Origin: Candidatus Aminicenantes bacterium
GTDB taxonomy: Bacteria; Acidobacteriota; Aminicenantia; UBA2199
Assembly: GCA_963822075.1 (NCBI GenBank)
Contig: CAWGGP010000011.1
Coordinates: 98,386 to 162,385 of the forward strand
Reading direction: 5' to 3'
Length of the DNA stretch: 64,000 bases
This document shows positions 1 through 9,073 of this stretch, in pieces. The position numbers and the translations under genes were made by a program. Numbering within the stretch: the first letter of the stretch is position 1; each line of letters begins with the position of its first letter. The notes beneath the pieces are model-generated. The model worked only from the letters and a program-made list of their open reading frames with translations, made no database searches and had not been told where the DNA came from.

Positions 1-1092
1 CCTGTCGGTGGGCATGGAGTCGAGCGTCTGGGCCCTGCTCGTCATCGTGCATCAGCTTCGTCTCCGCCCTGTTGCTGTACGGCGGCAGCCGGCAACCCGC
101 TCTACGTGCTGTACGCCGTCGCCATGATCGGCATCGGCATGCTCAGCCATACCGGCAACAACGTGGCCATGGATTCCTATGGCCCCATCTCCGACAACGC
201 CAACGGCATCGGCGAGATGGCCTGGCACGACCAGGACGACCCCGAGACGCGTCAAGGCCCGCCAGATCATGGCCGACCTCGACGCCGTGGGCAACACCAC
301 CAAGGCCATCACCAAGGGCATGGCCATCGCCTCGGCGGTCATCGCCGCCGTCAGCCTGTTCGCCTCCTTCATCACCGACGTCGGCCTGGTCCAGATGCAG
401 CTGGGCCGCAAGGTCATGGATGCCATCCGCATCTCCGACACCAAGGTCTTCATCGGCTTGTTGCTGGGCGGCGCCCTGCCCTGGCTGTTCAGCTCCCTCT
501 CCATCCGCGCCGTCACCCGGGCCGCCGCCCAGATCGTCGAAGAGGTGCGCGCCCAGTTCCGCATCCCCGGGATCATGGAAGGCAAGGTCAAGCCCGATTA
601 CGCCCGCGTGGTCGGCATTTCCACCCGCTCGGCCCAAAAAGAGCTGATCCCGCTGGCGGCGATCGCCGTCATCACTGCCGCTGCTGGTGGGCATGGTCCT
701 GCAAGTCGAGGCGCTGGGCGGATTCCTGGCCGGCGTCATTTTAAGCGGCCAGCTGCTGGCGGTGTTCATGGCCAACAGCCGGCGGCGCCTGGGACAACGC
801 CAAGAAATCGATCGAGGACGAGCCGCGCGACCTGGCGGCCAACACCGGCAAGGGCTCGGAGCGGCACAAGGCCAGCGTGGTCGGCGACACCGTGGGCGAC
901 CCGCTGAAGGATACCGCCGGGCCGGCGTTGAATCCCATGATCAAGGTCGTCAACCTGGTCAGCCTGCTGGCCGCCCCGATATTGGTCAAATACAGCAATC
1001 TCGGCCTGGTCGGCTGGCTGGTCGTCGCCCTGCTTGCCGCCGGGCTGATCTGGGGCATCTGGAAAAGCAAAAGGCCGGTTCCCGCGCTCTGA
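1..1092 (+). pseudogene. hppA: Membrane H+/Na+-translocating pyrophosphatase. The 3' ~1.1 kb is present and the 5' end lies outside the window. The frame is broken at least 5 times.
   Basis: Frame-hopping translation gives LSVGMESSVWALLVIV / ISFVSALLLYGG / NPLYVLYAVAMIGIGMLSHTGNNVAMDSYGPISDNANGIGEMA / IMADLDAVGNTTKAITKGMAIASAVIAA / [34 protein letters not shown] / [43 protein letters not shown]. All are hallmark H+-PPase motifs. Shifts lie near 50, 90, 250, 674 and 780. Confidence 0.85.
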
Positions 1093-1171
1093 TCCCGGCC
1101 TGAAGCTGACCCCGGCGCTCCCGCAAAGGGACCATTTTTTACCTCGGGCAAATATGTTAAAATGAAGCCCG

Positions 1172-1756
1172 ATGCTGAAAAAGATCCTCATCACGCTCGC
1201 GCTCGCCGGCCTTTTTTCCTGCCACGCGTACCGCCCCGGCCTCGTCCCGCCGCCGGGGCCCCATTTCCGCTCCCTCATCATCAAGTTCAGCTTCCAAGAC
1301 CCGGAAGCGCGCCAGAACGGCAGGATTTCCTGGCGTTTCGACGAGGCGAGTTCCAAGTTCCTTTTTTTCAACGCGCTCAACCAGTCGGGAATGGAATTGG
1401 ACGTCGCCGGCGAGGAGGCCGTGCTGGTCGATCATGGCAAAAAAGCCTTCTGGAGCGGCGATTTCGGCGTGCTGCTCGAGCGCATGTGGGGGATCGCCCT
1501 GAGCCTTGCCGACCTGAAGTCACTGCTGGCCGAGAACGGGATCACGCCCGCCGGCCTTGCCGGCAAGGGGATCGCCGTGACCCTGGAGCGCGCGGCGGGA
1601 GGCGGCGCGCTGGAAACGGTCCGCCTGCGGAGCGGCGCCGCCGACCTGTCGCTGCGCATCCAGAAGGACGAGTTCCGCCCGGGAAAGATCGTCCTGGTCG
1701 ACTACGCGGGGCGTTACCGCCGCCGGGACCTGGAAAGCGTGCTGGGAAATGATTAA
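1172..1756 (+). CDS. Outer-membrane lipoprotein, LolB/DUF4292-like
   Basis: Signal peptide with lipobox (LAGLFSC). The pattern GRISWRFD..KFLFFNALNQSGMELDV..LADLKSLLAG resembles LolB-fold lipoproteins. It sits directly upstream of ispE-prs, as lolB does in E. coli. Confidence 0.5.
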   Translation: MLKKILITLALAGLFSCHAYRPGLVPPPGPHFRSLIIKFSFQDPEARQNGRISWRFDEASSKFLFFNALNQSGMELDVAGEEAVLVDHGKKAFWSGDFGVLLERMWGIALSLADLKSLLAENGITPAGLAGKGIAVTLERAAGGGALETVRLRSGAADLSLRIQKDEFRPGKIVLVDYAGRYRRRDLESVLGND

Positions 1757-2669
1757 GCTGCGCTCGTTCGCCAAGATCAACCTGGGCCTGGAAATAACCG
1801 GCAAACGGCCGGACAGCTACCATACCCTGCGCACGGTGTTCCAGACCATCGATCTAAGCGACGAATTGCTGCTCGCGGAAAAAGCGCTCCCCCGGGTCAC
1901 GCTGAAGGGTTCCGACCGCCGCGTCGCCTGGGACGAAAGCAACATCATCGCCCGCGCCTGCCGGCTGGTATACGAGAACTACCCGCTGCGCCGCGGCTTC
2001 GACATCACCGTCCGCAAGAATATCCCGCCCGGCTCGGGCCTGGGCGGCGGCAGCGGCAACGCCGCCGTCATCCTCCTTTTTCTCGACCGCTTTTTCGCTT
2101 TGCGGATCCCGGGCGCGCAGTTGAACGACATGGCGGCCGCTTTGGGGGCCGACGTCCCCTTTTTCCTCCAGGGCGGCACGGCGCTGGCCGAGGGGATAGG
2201 GGAGAAGCTGACCTCCCTGCCCGGGATCAAGCCCCGGCCCATCGCCCTGTGCATCCCGGAGTTGACCGTTTCCACGGCTCGGGTTTTTTCCCGATTCCGC
2301 TTGACAAAAACCCGGTTTCCCAGTAAAATACAACTCTTCCTGAGAAAGGGCGACTTCTCCATTTTAACGAATGAACTGGAAAATGCCACCTTTGACTTGT
2401 TTCCGGAAATCAGGGATATCAAGGAAAAAATGTCGCGAGGAGGATGCAATTTCGTGCAAATGACAGGCAGCGGCTCGGCGGTGTTCGGCTTCGGCCATGC
2501 GCGGCACCTTGCCGCCCTGCGCCTGAGCCTGCCCGGGACGATCCTGACCCGCAGCATTTCCAGAAAATATTATCAGGAGAAAATTGGGGTGTCGCCAAGC
2601 GGTAAGGCATCGGCCTTTGGAGCCGACATTCGGAGGTTCGAATCCTCCCGCCCCAGAAAAACCACATGA
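1749..2669 (+). CDS. ispE: 4-diphosphocytidyl-2-C-methyl-D-erythritol kinase
   Basis: N-terminus MIKLRSFAKINLGLEITGKRPDSYHTL and GHMP-kinase motif PPGSGLGGGSGNAA. The ORF has no stop until 2669 and so runs through tRNA-Gln. The true 3' end is uncertain. Confidence 0.88.
   Translation: MIKLRSFAKINLGLEITGKRPDSYHTLRTVFQTIDLSDELLLAEKALPRVTLKGSDRRVAWDESNIIARACRLVYENYPLRRGFDITVRKNIPPGSGLGGGSGNAAVILLFLDRFFALRIPGAQLNDMAAALGADVPFFLQGGTALAEGIGEKLTSLPGIKPRPIALCIPELTVSTARVFSRFRLTKTRFPSKIQLFLRKGDFSILTNELENATFDLFPEIRDIKEKMSRGGCNFVQMTGSGSAVFGFGHARHLAALRLSLPGTILTRSISRKYYQEKIGVSPSGKASAFGADIRRFESSRPRKTT
2585..2656 (+). tRNA. tRNA-Gln (anticodon TTG)
   Basis: Manual cloverleaf: acceptor TGGGGTG/CGCCCCA, D arm GCCA-AGCGGTAA-GGCA, anticodon arm TCGGC-CTTTGGA-GCCGA, T arm GGAGG-TTCGAAT-CCTCC. 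Very similar to E. coli tRNA-Gln. No encoded CCA. Confidence 0.9.
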
Positions 2670-3614
2670 CCAGCGATAATAAATTCTTGATCTTTTCCGG
2701 CTCGGCCAACGAAAAATTGGCCCGCGATATCGCCAGGCACCTGCACGGCAAGCTCGGCCAGTCCGTCCTGGACGTGTTTTCCGACGGCGAGATCCGTTTC
2801 CAGAGCCACGAGAACGTCCGCGGCGCCGATGTATTCATCGTGCAGTCGCTGTGCGCCGACAGCAACTTCCACATCATGCAGCTGCTGCTGATGGCCGACG
2901 CCTTCAAGCGGGCGTCCGCCCGCCGCATCACGGCGGTAATAACCTATTACGCCTATGCGCGCCAGGACCGCAAGGACCGGCCGCGGGTCGCCATCTCGGC
3001 GCGCCTGCTCGCCGACCTGCTGGAAACGGCCGGCTTTTCGCGGGTCCTGACCGTCGACCTGCATGCCGCCCAGATCCAGGGCTTCTTCAACATCCCGGTC
3101 GACAACCTGATGGCCCTGCCGGTCTTCATCTCCCATTTCAAGAAGATGAAGCTGCGCGACCTGGTCATCGTCTCGCCCGACGCCGGCGGCGTGGAACGGG
3201 CGCGCGCTTTTCGCCCGCAAGCTGAACGCCGACCTGGCCATCGCCGACAAGAAGCGCACGGCGCCCAACGTGGCCGAGCTGATGCACATCATCGGCGACG
3301 TGGAGAACAAGAACGCCATCATCGTCGACGACATCATCGACACGGCCGGCACGCTGGTCGCGACCATCAACGCCTTGAAAAAGAAGGGCGCCAAGAAGGT
3401 CTTCGCCGCCTGCACCCACGGCATCTTCTCCGGGAAAGCCCTGGAACGGATCAACGAATCCCCCCTGGAAAAGATCTACGTCACCGACACCATCCCCGCG
3501 CGCTGCACGCCGCAGGAGTGCCCCAAGATCGAAGTGCTCTCCATCTCCAAGCTGTTCGCCGACGCCATCGAAAGCATCCACAAGGAAACTTCCGTTTCGA
3601 AACTATTTCTATAA
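2666..3614 (+). CDS. prs: Ribose-phosphate pyrophosphokinase, with one frameshift near 3205-3210
   Basis: FSGSANEKLARDIA, DLHAAQIQGFF and VSPDAGGVERARAF, then (after the frame change) RKLNADLAIADKKR..IIVDDIIDTAGTL. The shift is at a TTTT/C junction. Confidence 0.9.
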
Positions 3615-3620
3615 AAAGAG

Positions 3621-4400
3621 GTGAAAATGGAAAACATCATCACGATCAACGCGGAACTGAGAAAAGAAATAAGCAAGAAGGCGAGGAAGGAGCTGCGCTC
3701 CCAGGGCAAGATCCCGGCCGTCATCTACGGCATCACCGCCGAAAGCATCCCCATCACGGTGAACCTGGGCGACATCAAGGGCATCATGAAATCCGAGAAC
3801 AGGGACAACTCGCTGCTGCGCATCACCCAGGGCGACAAGACCAAGTTCGACGCCATGATCAAGGAGATCCAGTACGACTACCTGTCCGACCACATCATCC
3901 ACGTCGATTTCATCCGCATCGACCTGAACAAGCCCGTGGAGGTCGAGGTGCCCGTGGTGCTCGAGGGCGAAGCCATCGGCGTCAAGACCGAGGACGGCCT
4001 GCTCGAGTTCATCCATCGCGACATCCTGGTCCGCAGCTTGCCCACCAGCATTCCCAAGGAGATCCGCATCGACATCTCCGGCCTGCATATCGGCCAGTCG
4101 ATCAAGGTGGAGAACCTGGCCAAATCCGACGCCTACCAGTTCATGTCCCCGGCCAACACCGTGATCTGCGCCGTGGCCGCCAAGGCCAAGGAAGAGGTCG
4201 TCGAGGTCGCCGCCGCTCCCGAGGCCGCTGAAGGCGCCGTCGTTGAAGGCGCCGCCGCCGCCCCCGAAGCCGCCGCCGGCAAGGGCGCTGCCAAGGAAGG
4301 GGAGAAGGCCGCCGCCCCCGGCAAGGAAAAGGCTGCCGCCCCCGCCGGCAAGGACAAGGGCGCCGCTCCGGGCAAGGGCAAAGAAAAGAAGGAGGGGTAA
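3621..4400 (+). CDS. rplY: 50S ribosomal protein L25/general stress protein Ctc, with an Ala/Glu/Lys/Pro-rich C-terminal tail
   Basis: RKELRSQGKIPAVIYG..IKEIQYDYLSDHIIHVDFIRI matches the L25/Ctc fold. The last ~65 aa are low-complexity (AAPEAAEG..KGKEKKEG). Confidence 0.85.
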   Translation: MKMENIITINAELRKEISKKARKELRSQGKIPAVIYGITAESIPITVNLGDIKGIMKSENRDNSLLRITQGDKTKFDAMIKEIQYDYLSDHIIHVDFIRIDLNKPVEVEVPVVLEGEAIGVKTEDGLLEFIHRDILVRSLPTSIPKEIRIDISGLHIGQSIKVENLAKSDAYQFMSPANTVICAVAAKAKEEVVEVAAAPEAAEGAVVEGAAAAPEAAAGKGAAKEGEKAAAPGKEKAAAPAGKDKGAAPGKGKEKKEG

Positions 4401-5030
4401 ATTTTTGTTCTCATCGGCTTGGGCAACCCGGACAGGAAATACGAGAAGACTCCGCACAACGCCGGGTTCCTGTGCGTCGACGAGCTCTGCCGCCGCCACG
4501 GCGTCGAGCTGGCCGGCCTGGGCGGCCTGCTGCAGTTCAAAAAGACGCGTATCAACGGCCACGAGGTCGTGCTGGCCAAACCCATGACCTACATGAACGA
4601 ATCGGGGCAGGCGGTACAGAAACTGCGCCGCATGTTCGACTTCGACCTGCCGTCCATGCTGGTGATCTATGACGACATCGACCTGCCGCTGGGCGGGATC
4701 CGCGTGCGCGAGAAGGGAAGCGCCGGCACCCACAAAGGGATGAAATCGGTCATCCAGCACGTCGGCGGCCAGGATTTCCCCCGCCTGCGCATCGGCATCA
4801 GCCCCGCCGCCGGCGAGGCGGCGGGCGACATCGTGCGCTACGTGCTGACCCCGCTGCGGGGCAAGGCCTACACCCAGTTCCAGGAGGGGATCGTGCAGGC
4901 GGCCGACGCCGCGCAGGTCTTCCTGGAAAACGATATTCACAGTACCATGAATATATTCAACAGGAGAAAGAACTCCTTGCTTCTTCAAAAAGGAGAGGCT
5001 AAAACATCCACAAGGAGGAAAAATGAATAG
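4401..5030 (+). CDS. pth: Peptidyl-tRNA hydrolase. The start is uncertain: ATT at 4401 or TTG at 4419.
   Basis: (IFVLI)GLGNPDRKYEKTPHNAGF..MTYMNESG..DDIDLPLGGIRVREKGSAGTHKGMKS are canonical Pth motifs. Confidence 0.85.
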   Translation: MFVLIGLGNPDRKYEKTPHNAGFLCVDELCRRHGVELAGLGGLLQFKKTRINGHEVVLAKPMTYMNESGQAVQKLRRMFDFDLPSMLVIYDDIDLPLGGIRVREKGSAGTHKGMKSVIQHVGGQDFPRLRIGISPAAGEAAGDIVRYVLTPLRGKAYTQFQEGIVQAADAAQVFLENDIHSTMNIFNRRKNSLLLQKGEAKTSTRRKNE

Positions 5031-5454
5031 CAGGTACGAGATCGGCTTCATCATCACCCCGGAGGTGAATGAGGAGGAGGTCAAGAAGATCATCGAATCC
5101 ATCACCGGCACCATCACCAAGGCCAAGGGTGTGATCGAGAACCTTGACGAGTGGGGCCGGAAAAAACTGGCCTTTCCCATCCAGAAGAACCTGGAGGGCT
5201 ACTACGTGTTCATCCAGACCGAGGTCGACGGTTCGGTCATCGCCACCCTGGAGCGGCGCCTGAAGCAGATGGAGAAGGTGCTGCGCTTCATCACGCTGCG
5301 GCTCGATGACAAGCTGAAGAAATCGAACAAGCTCACCAAGCGCTGGGCGAAGATCGACCGGCTGCGCAAGAAGACCATGGCCGGCAGCGGCGAGGAAAAG
5401 GAAAGCGAGGAATTCCTGGAAAACGAGGAGGAAACAGATGCAACCGAGAAGTAA
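5023..5454 (+). CDS. rpsF: 30S ribosomal protein S6
   Basis: MNSRYEIGFIITPE..ENLDEWGRKKLAFPIQK..GYYVF, with an acidic C-terminal tail. Confidence 0.95.
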   Translation: MNSRYEIGFIITPEVNEEEVKKIIESITGTITKAKGVIENLDEWGRKKLAFPIQKNLEGYYVFIQTEVDGSVIATLERRLKQMEKVLRFITLRLDDKLKKSNKLTKRWAKIDRLRKKTMAGSGEEKESEEFLENEEETDATEK

Positions 5455-5713
5455 CAGCGGCGACGGCAAGCCCCCCAAAAAATATTATTCGGCGCGCAAG
5501 AAATTCTGCGCCTTCTGCAAGGACAAGATCACGCTGATCGACTACAAGAACCACAAGAACCTGGAAAACTTCATCTCCGAGACCGGGCGCATTTTCCCCG
5601 CCCGCGTCAGCGGCACCTGCGCCTATCACCAGAAACAGCTGTCCAAGGCCATCAAGCGGGCCCGGCAGATGGCGTTGATCCGCTTCACCGAAGAAAAAAA
5701 GAGGCCATCATGA
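5438..5713 (+). CDS. rpsR: 30S ribosomal protein S18
   Basis: KKFCAFCKDKITLIDYKN..LENFISETGRIFPARVSGTCAYHQKQLSKAIKRARQMALI. Confidence 0.95.
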   Translation: MQPRSNSGDGKPPKKYYSARKKFCAFCKDKITLIDYKNHKNLENFISETGRIFPARVSGTCAYHQKQLSKAIKRARQMALIRFTEEKKRPS

Positions 5714-6171
5714 AGCTCATATTGACCGCGGACGTCGAGAAGATCGGCAGCCTGGGCGACATCATCGAAGTGAAAAAAGGCTTCGCCCGCAACTTCCTCC
5801 TGCCCAGGAAACTGGCCGTGGAGGTCACGGCCCACAACGTCACCCTCATGGAAGGGAAAAAGAAGAAGCACCAGAAAAAGCTGGAAGTGGAAAAGCTCTC
5901 GGCCCTCGAGCAGAAGCAGAAGCTGGACGGCGTGGCGATCGTGATCAAGAAGAAGGCCGGCGAGAACGACGTGCTGTTCGGGTCGGTGACCACCGCCGAG
6001 ATCGAAAAGGAGCTCGAGGCCAAGGGGTTCACGGTGGAGAAAAAGAAGATCCACCTCGAGGAGCCCATCAAGCGGCTGGGCGACTTCACCGCCAAGATCA
6101 AGCTTTTCAAGGAAGTGGACGCCGAGATCAAGATCCAGGTCCTGAAGGAAGACGAGGAAGCCCAAGCCTGA
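5710..6171 (+). CDS. rplI: 50S ribosomal protein L9
   Basis: MKLILTADVEKIGSLGDIIEVKKGFARNFLLPRKLA. Confidence 0.95.
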   Translation: MKLILTADVEKIGSLGDIIEVKKGFARNFLLPRKLAVEVTAHNVTLMEGKKKKHQKKLEVEKLSALEQKQKLDGVAIVIKKKAGENDVLFGSVTTAEIEKELEAKGFTVEKKKIHLEEPIKRLGDFTAKIKLFKEVDAEIKIQVLKEDEEAQA

Positions 6172-6179
6172 TGTAGCCC

Positions 6180-7547
6180 ATGGCGCTTGAAATCAACCAG
6201 GCCCTGCCCCACGACGAGATCGCCGAAAAAGCGCTCCTGGGGGCGATGCTGACCGACAACCGCTACGTCAACCAGGTTTTCTCCGAGATCGGCAGCGAGG
6301 ATTTTTTCCGCGACAGCCATGTCCTCATCGCCCAGGGCATCCTGCAACTGATGGATGCCAACTCGGTCGCCGACATCATCACCGTCTCCAGCCTGCTGGA
6401 GAAAAAGAAGAAGCTGCAGTTCGTCGGCGGCCACGCCTTCATCACCGCGCTGGTCGACGACATCCCCGAGAGCCTGGACATCACCGAATACATCAAGATC
6501 GTCAAGGACCGCTCGACGCTGCGCAAGATCATCCTGACCTCCAGGGGCTACGTCCAGAAGGGCGTCGACCCCGGGGCCGACACCATCAGCCTGCTCAACG
6601 AGATGCAGGAAGATATCATCAATATCTCCGAGGACCGCATCAAGAAGGGGTTCGTCTCCACCGCCGACATGATCCCCGACGCCATGGAGCTGATCGAGAG
6701 GATCCAGGGCGGCGGGGAGAGCCAGGGGCTGAAAACCGGGTTCTACGAGCTGGACGACATCACCTCCGGCTTCCAGAACGGCGACCTGATCGTTTTCGCC
6801 GCCCGGCCCTCCATGGGCAAGACCGCCCTGGCGCTGAACATCGCCGTGAACATGGCCATCAAGGAAGAAAAAGCGGTGGCCTTCTATTCCATCGAGATGT
6901 CGAAGCTGCAGGTGCTGATGCGCATGATGGCCATCCACGCCAAGGTCAGCATGAGCTCGATCCGCACCGGCAAGCCCCACCTGACCAACAAGGAGTGGCA
7001 CGACCTGGAGCTGGCCGCCTCCGAGCTGCAAAAGACCAAGCTGTACATCGACGATTCGGCGTCGTTGTCCATCGTGGAGATGAAGGCCCGCGCCCGCAAG
7101 CTGAAGGCCGAAAAGAACCTGGACATCGTGTTCGTCGATTATCTCCAGCTGATCAAGGTGACGGGCGAGAACATCCGCCGCAGCGACACGCGGGCCCAGG
7201 AAGTGGCCGTCATCACCGCCGCCCTCAAGGAGCTGGCCAAGGAGCTGCAGATCCCGGTGGTGGCCATGGCCCAGTTGAACCGCTCGCCCGAGACGCGCGG
7301 CGGCAAGAAGGAGAAGGGGCCGAAGTACCAGCTTTCCGACCTCAAGGAGAGCGGCTCCATCGAGCAGGACGCCGACGTGGTCATCTTCATCCACCGCGAC
7401 GACCAGTTCGACAAGGACTCGGAGCGCAAGGGCGAGGCGGACCTGATCGTCGCCAAGCAGCGCAACGGCCCCACCGGCAAGATCGTCCTGGCATTCCTCG
7501 ATAAATTCACCAAGTTCGCCAACATGGAATTCCGCGAGAGAGAGTAG
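6180..7547 (+). CDS. dnaB: Replicative DNA helicase
   Basis: PHDEIAEKALLGAML, Walker A ARPSMGKTALALN, DYLQLI and SDLKESGSIEQDADVVIFIHRD. Confidence 0.95.
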   Translation: MALEINQALPHDEIAEKALLGAMLTDNRYVNQVFSEIGSEDFFRDSHVLIAQGILQLMDANSVADIITVSSLLEKKKKLQFVGGHAFITALVDDIPESLDITEYIKIVKDRSTLRKIILTSRGYVQKGVDPGADTISLLNEMQEDIINISEDRIKKGFVSTADMIPDAMELIERIQGGGESQGLKTGFYELDDITSGFQNGDLIVFAARPSMGKTALALNIAVNMAIKEEKAVAFYSIEMSKLQVLMRMMAIHAKVSMSSIRTGKPHLTNKEWHDLELAASELQKTKLYIDDSASLSIVEMKARARKLKAEKNLDIVFVDYLQLIKVTGENIRRSDTRAQEVAVITAALKELAKELQIPVVAMAQLNRSPETRGGKKEKGPKYQLSDLKESGSIEQDADVVIFIHRDDQFDKDSERKGEADLIVAKQRNGPTGKIVLAFLDKFTKFANMEFRERE

Positions 7548-8323
7548 TGCCCGTCCGCCGCATCGCGCAGCCGCTCTACCGCTTCGCCGAGACCTGCGGC
7601 GAAATTTTCGTCCTGGCGGGCAAGGCGAGTACCCTGATCTTCCGCCGGCCGTTCCACTTCCTCCTGATCGAGAACCGCCTGTACCTGGACGGGATCAAGT
7701 CCATCCCCGTGGTTTTTTTGATGGCCGTGTTCACGGGCGGCGTCCTGACGCTGCAGAGTTTTTACGCCTTGCAGCGCCTGGGCTTCGAAGTGTTCGCCGG
7801 TTCGCTGGTCGGCGTCAGCCTGGCCAAGGAGCTGATCCCGGTGCTGACCGGGCTGATGCTGGCCGGCCGGGTCAGCGCTTCCTACAGCGCCGAGATCGGC
7901 ACCATGGTGGTCACCGAGCAGGTGGACGCCCTGTTCACCTTCGGGGTCAACCCGGTCAAGTACCTGGTCAGCCCCCGCCTGGTCGCCCTGGTCATCATGG
8001 CCCCCCTGCTCACGCTGTTCGGGGATTTCGTCAGCATCATGGGCGGCCGGCTGGTGGCTTCCCTGGTCGTCCACCAGAATCCCAACCTGTTCGATTCCCA
8101 GCTCTTCGCCTCCCTGGAGATCTGGGACGTGGTGTCCGGAATGATCAAGTCCGTGTTCTTCGGGATGACGATCGCCGTGATCGGCAGCTACTTCGGCCTG
8201 AAGACCGAAGGCGGGGCCAAGGGAGTGGGGCAGGCCACCACCACGTCGGTCGTGGTGGCCTCGGTGATCATCCTGGTCTCCGATTTCTTCTGGAGCAAGA
8301 TCCTGCCTTTCAGCCTGCGATGA
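7547..8323 (+). CDS. mlaE: Mla/YrbE-type ABC transporter permease
   Basis: LAKELIPVLTGLMLAGRVSASYSAEIGTMVVTEQVDAL is the MlaE signature. The GTG start overlaps the dnaB stop. Confidence 0.85.
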   Translation: MPVRRIAQPLYRFAETCGEIFVLAGKASTLIFRRPFHFLLIENRLYLDGIKSIPVVFLMAVFTGGVLTLQSFYALQRLGFEVFAGSLVGVSLAKELIPVLTGLMLAGRVSASYSAEIGTMVVTEQVDALFTFGVNPVKYLVSPRLVALVIMAPLLTLFGDFVSIMGGRLVASLVVHQNPNLFDSQLFASLEIWDVVSGMIKSVFFGMTIAVIGSYFGLKTEGGAKGVGQATTTSVVVASVIILVSDFFWSKILPFSLR

Positions 8324-9069
8324 TCGAAATACGCGACCTGCACAAATCGTTCGCCGACAAAAAGGTGCTGCAGGGGGTGGACCTGGATATCGCCAGCGGG
8401 CAGACGACCACCATCATCGGCGGCAGCGGCAGCGGCAAGAGCGTGCTGTTCAAGCACATCATCGGCCTGATGAAGCCCGACAGCGGGTCCATCCGGGTGG
8501 ACGGCGAGGACATCACCAAGATGAAGGAGAGGGACTTGTACTGCCTGGTGGACAAGTACGGCCTGGTTTTCCAGGGCGGGGCGCTGTTCGACTCCATGAC
8601 CGTCGGCGAGAACGTGGCCTTCGGCGTCAAAAACAGGGAAAACATGAAGCGCGCCGATATCGACGACATTATCGAGCACAGCCTGGAGCAGGTGGGCCTG
8701 GCGGCGGATGTGGCCCATTTGCTGCCGGCGGAGCTCAGCGGCGGCATGAAAAAAAGGGTGGCCATCGCCAGGGTCATCGCCAAGAAGCCGACCATTATCA
8801 TGTACGACGAGCCCACCACCGGGCTGGACCCGATCATGGCCGACATCATCAACGACCTGGTCGTCAAGGTCGGCGGCAACAAGGAGATCACGTCCATCGT
8901 CATCACCCATGACATGGTCAGCGCCTATAAGATCTCGAACAAGATCGCCGTGCTGTTCGAGGGGAAGATCATCGAGACCGGCAGCCCCGCGGAGATCAAG
9001 AATACCCAGAACGCCGTGGTCAGGCAGTTCATCGAAGGCAGGGCCGAAGGCCCGATCAAAATAAGGTGA
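8320..9069 (+). CDS. mlaF: Mla-type ABC transporter ATP-binding protein
   Basis: Walker A GGSGSGKS, signature LSGGMKKRVAIAR, Walker B IIMYDEPTTGLD. Confidence 0.85.
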   Translation: MIEIRDLHKSFADKKVLQGVDLDIASGQTTTIIGGSGSGKSVLFKHIIGLMKPDSGSIRVDGEDITKMKERDLYCLVDKYGLVFQGGALFDSMTVGENVAFGVKNRENMKRADIDDIIEHSLEQVGLAADVAHLLPAELSGGMKKRVAIARVIAKKPTIIMYDEPTTGLDPIMADIINDLVVKVGGNKEITSIVITHDMVSAYKISNKIAVLFEGKIIETGSPAEIKNTQNAVVRQFIEGRAEGPIKIR

Positions 9070-9073
9070 AAAA

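Noticed and set aside
3200-3215. Programmed ribosomal frameshifting or recoding as the explanation for the frame breaks (prs, era, metH and others).
   Set aside because: There are no shared slippery heptamers or downstream structures. Both +1 and -1 directions occur, essential single-copy genes are affected, and some sites are homopolymers. Sequence error is the simpler explanation.
3609-5180. Very long ORFs antisense to well-supported genes. Examples: 3609-5180(-), 5685-7394(-), 9056-10003(-), 11853-12788(-), 13576-14574(-), 28280-30223(+), 36326-37846(+), 42700-44994(+) and 48420-49808(-).
   Set aside because: They translate to Gly/Arg/Asp/His/Pro-rich low-complexity sequence with no recognisable motifs. 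They lie exactly opposite genes with strong family signatures. Such shadow ORFs are expected when third-codon positions are GC-rich.
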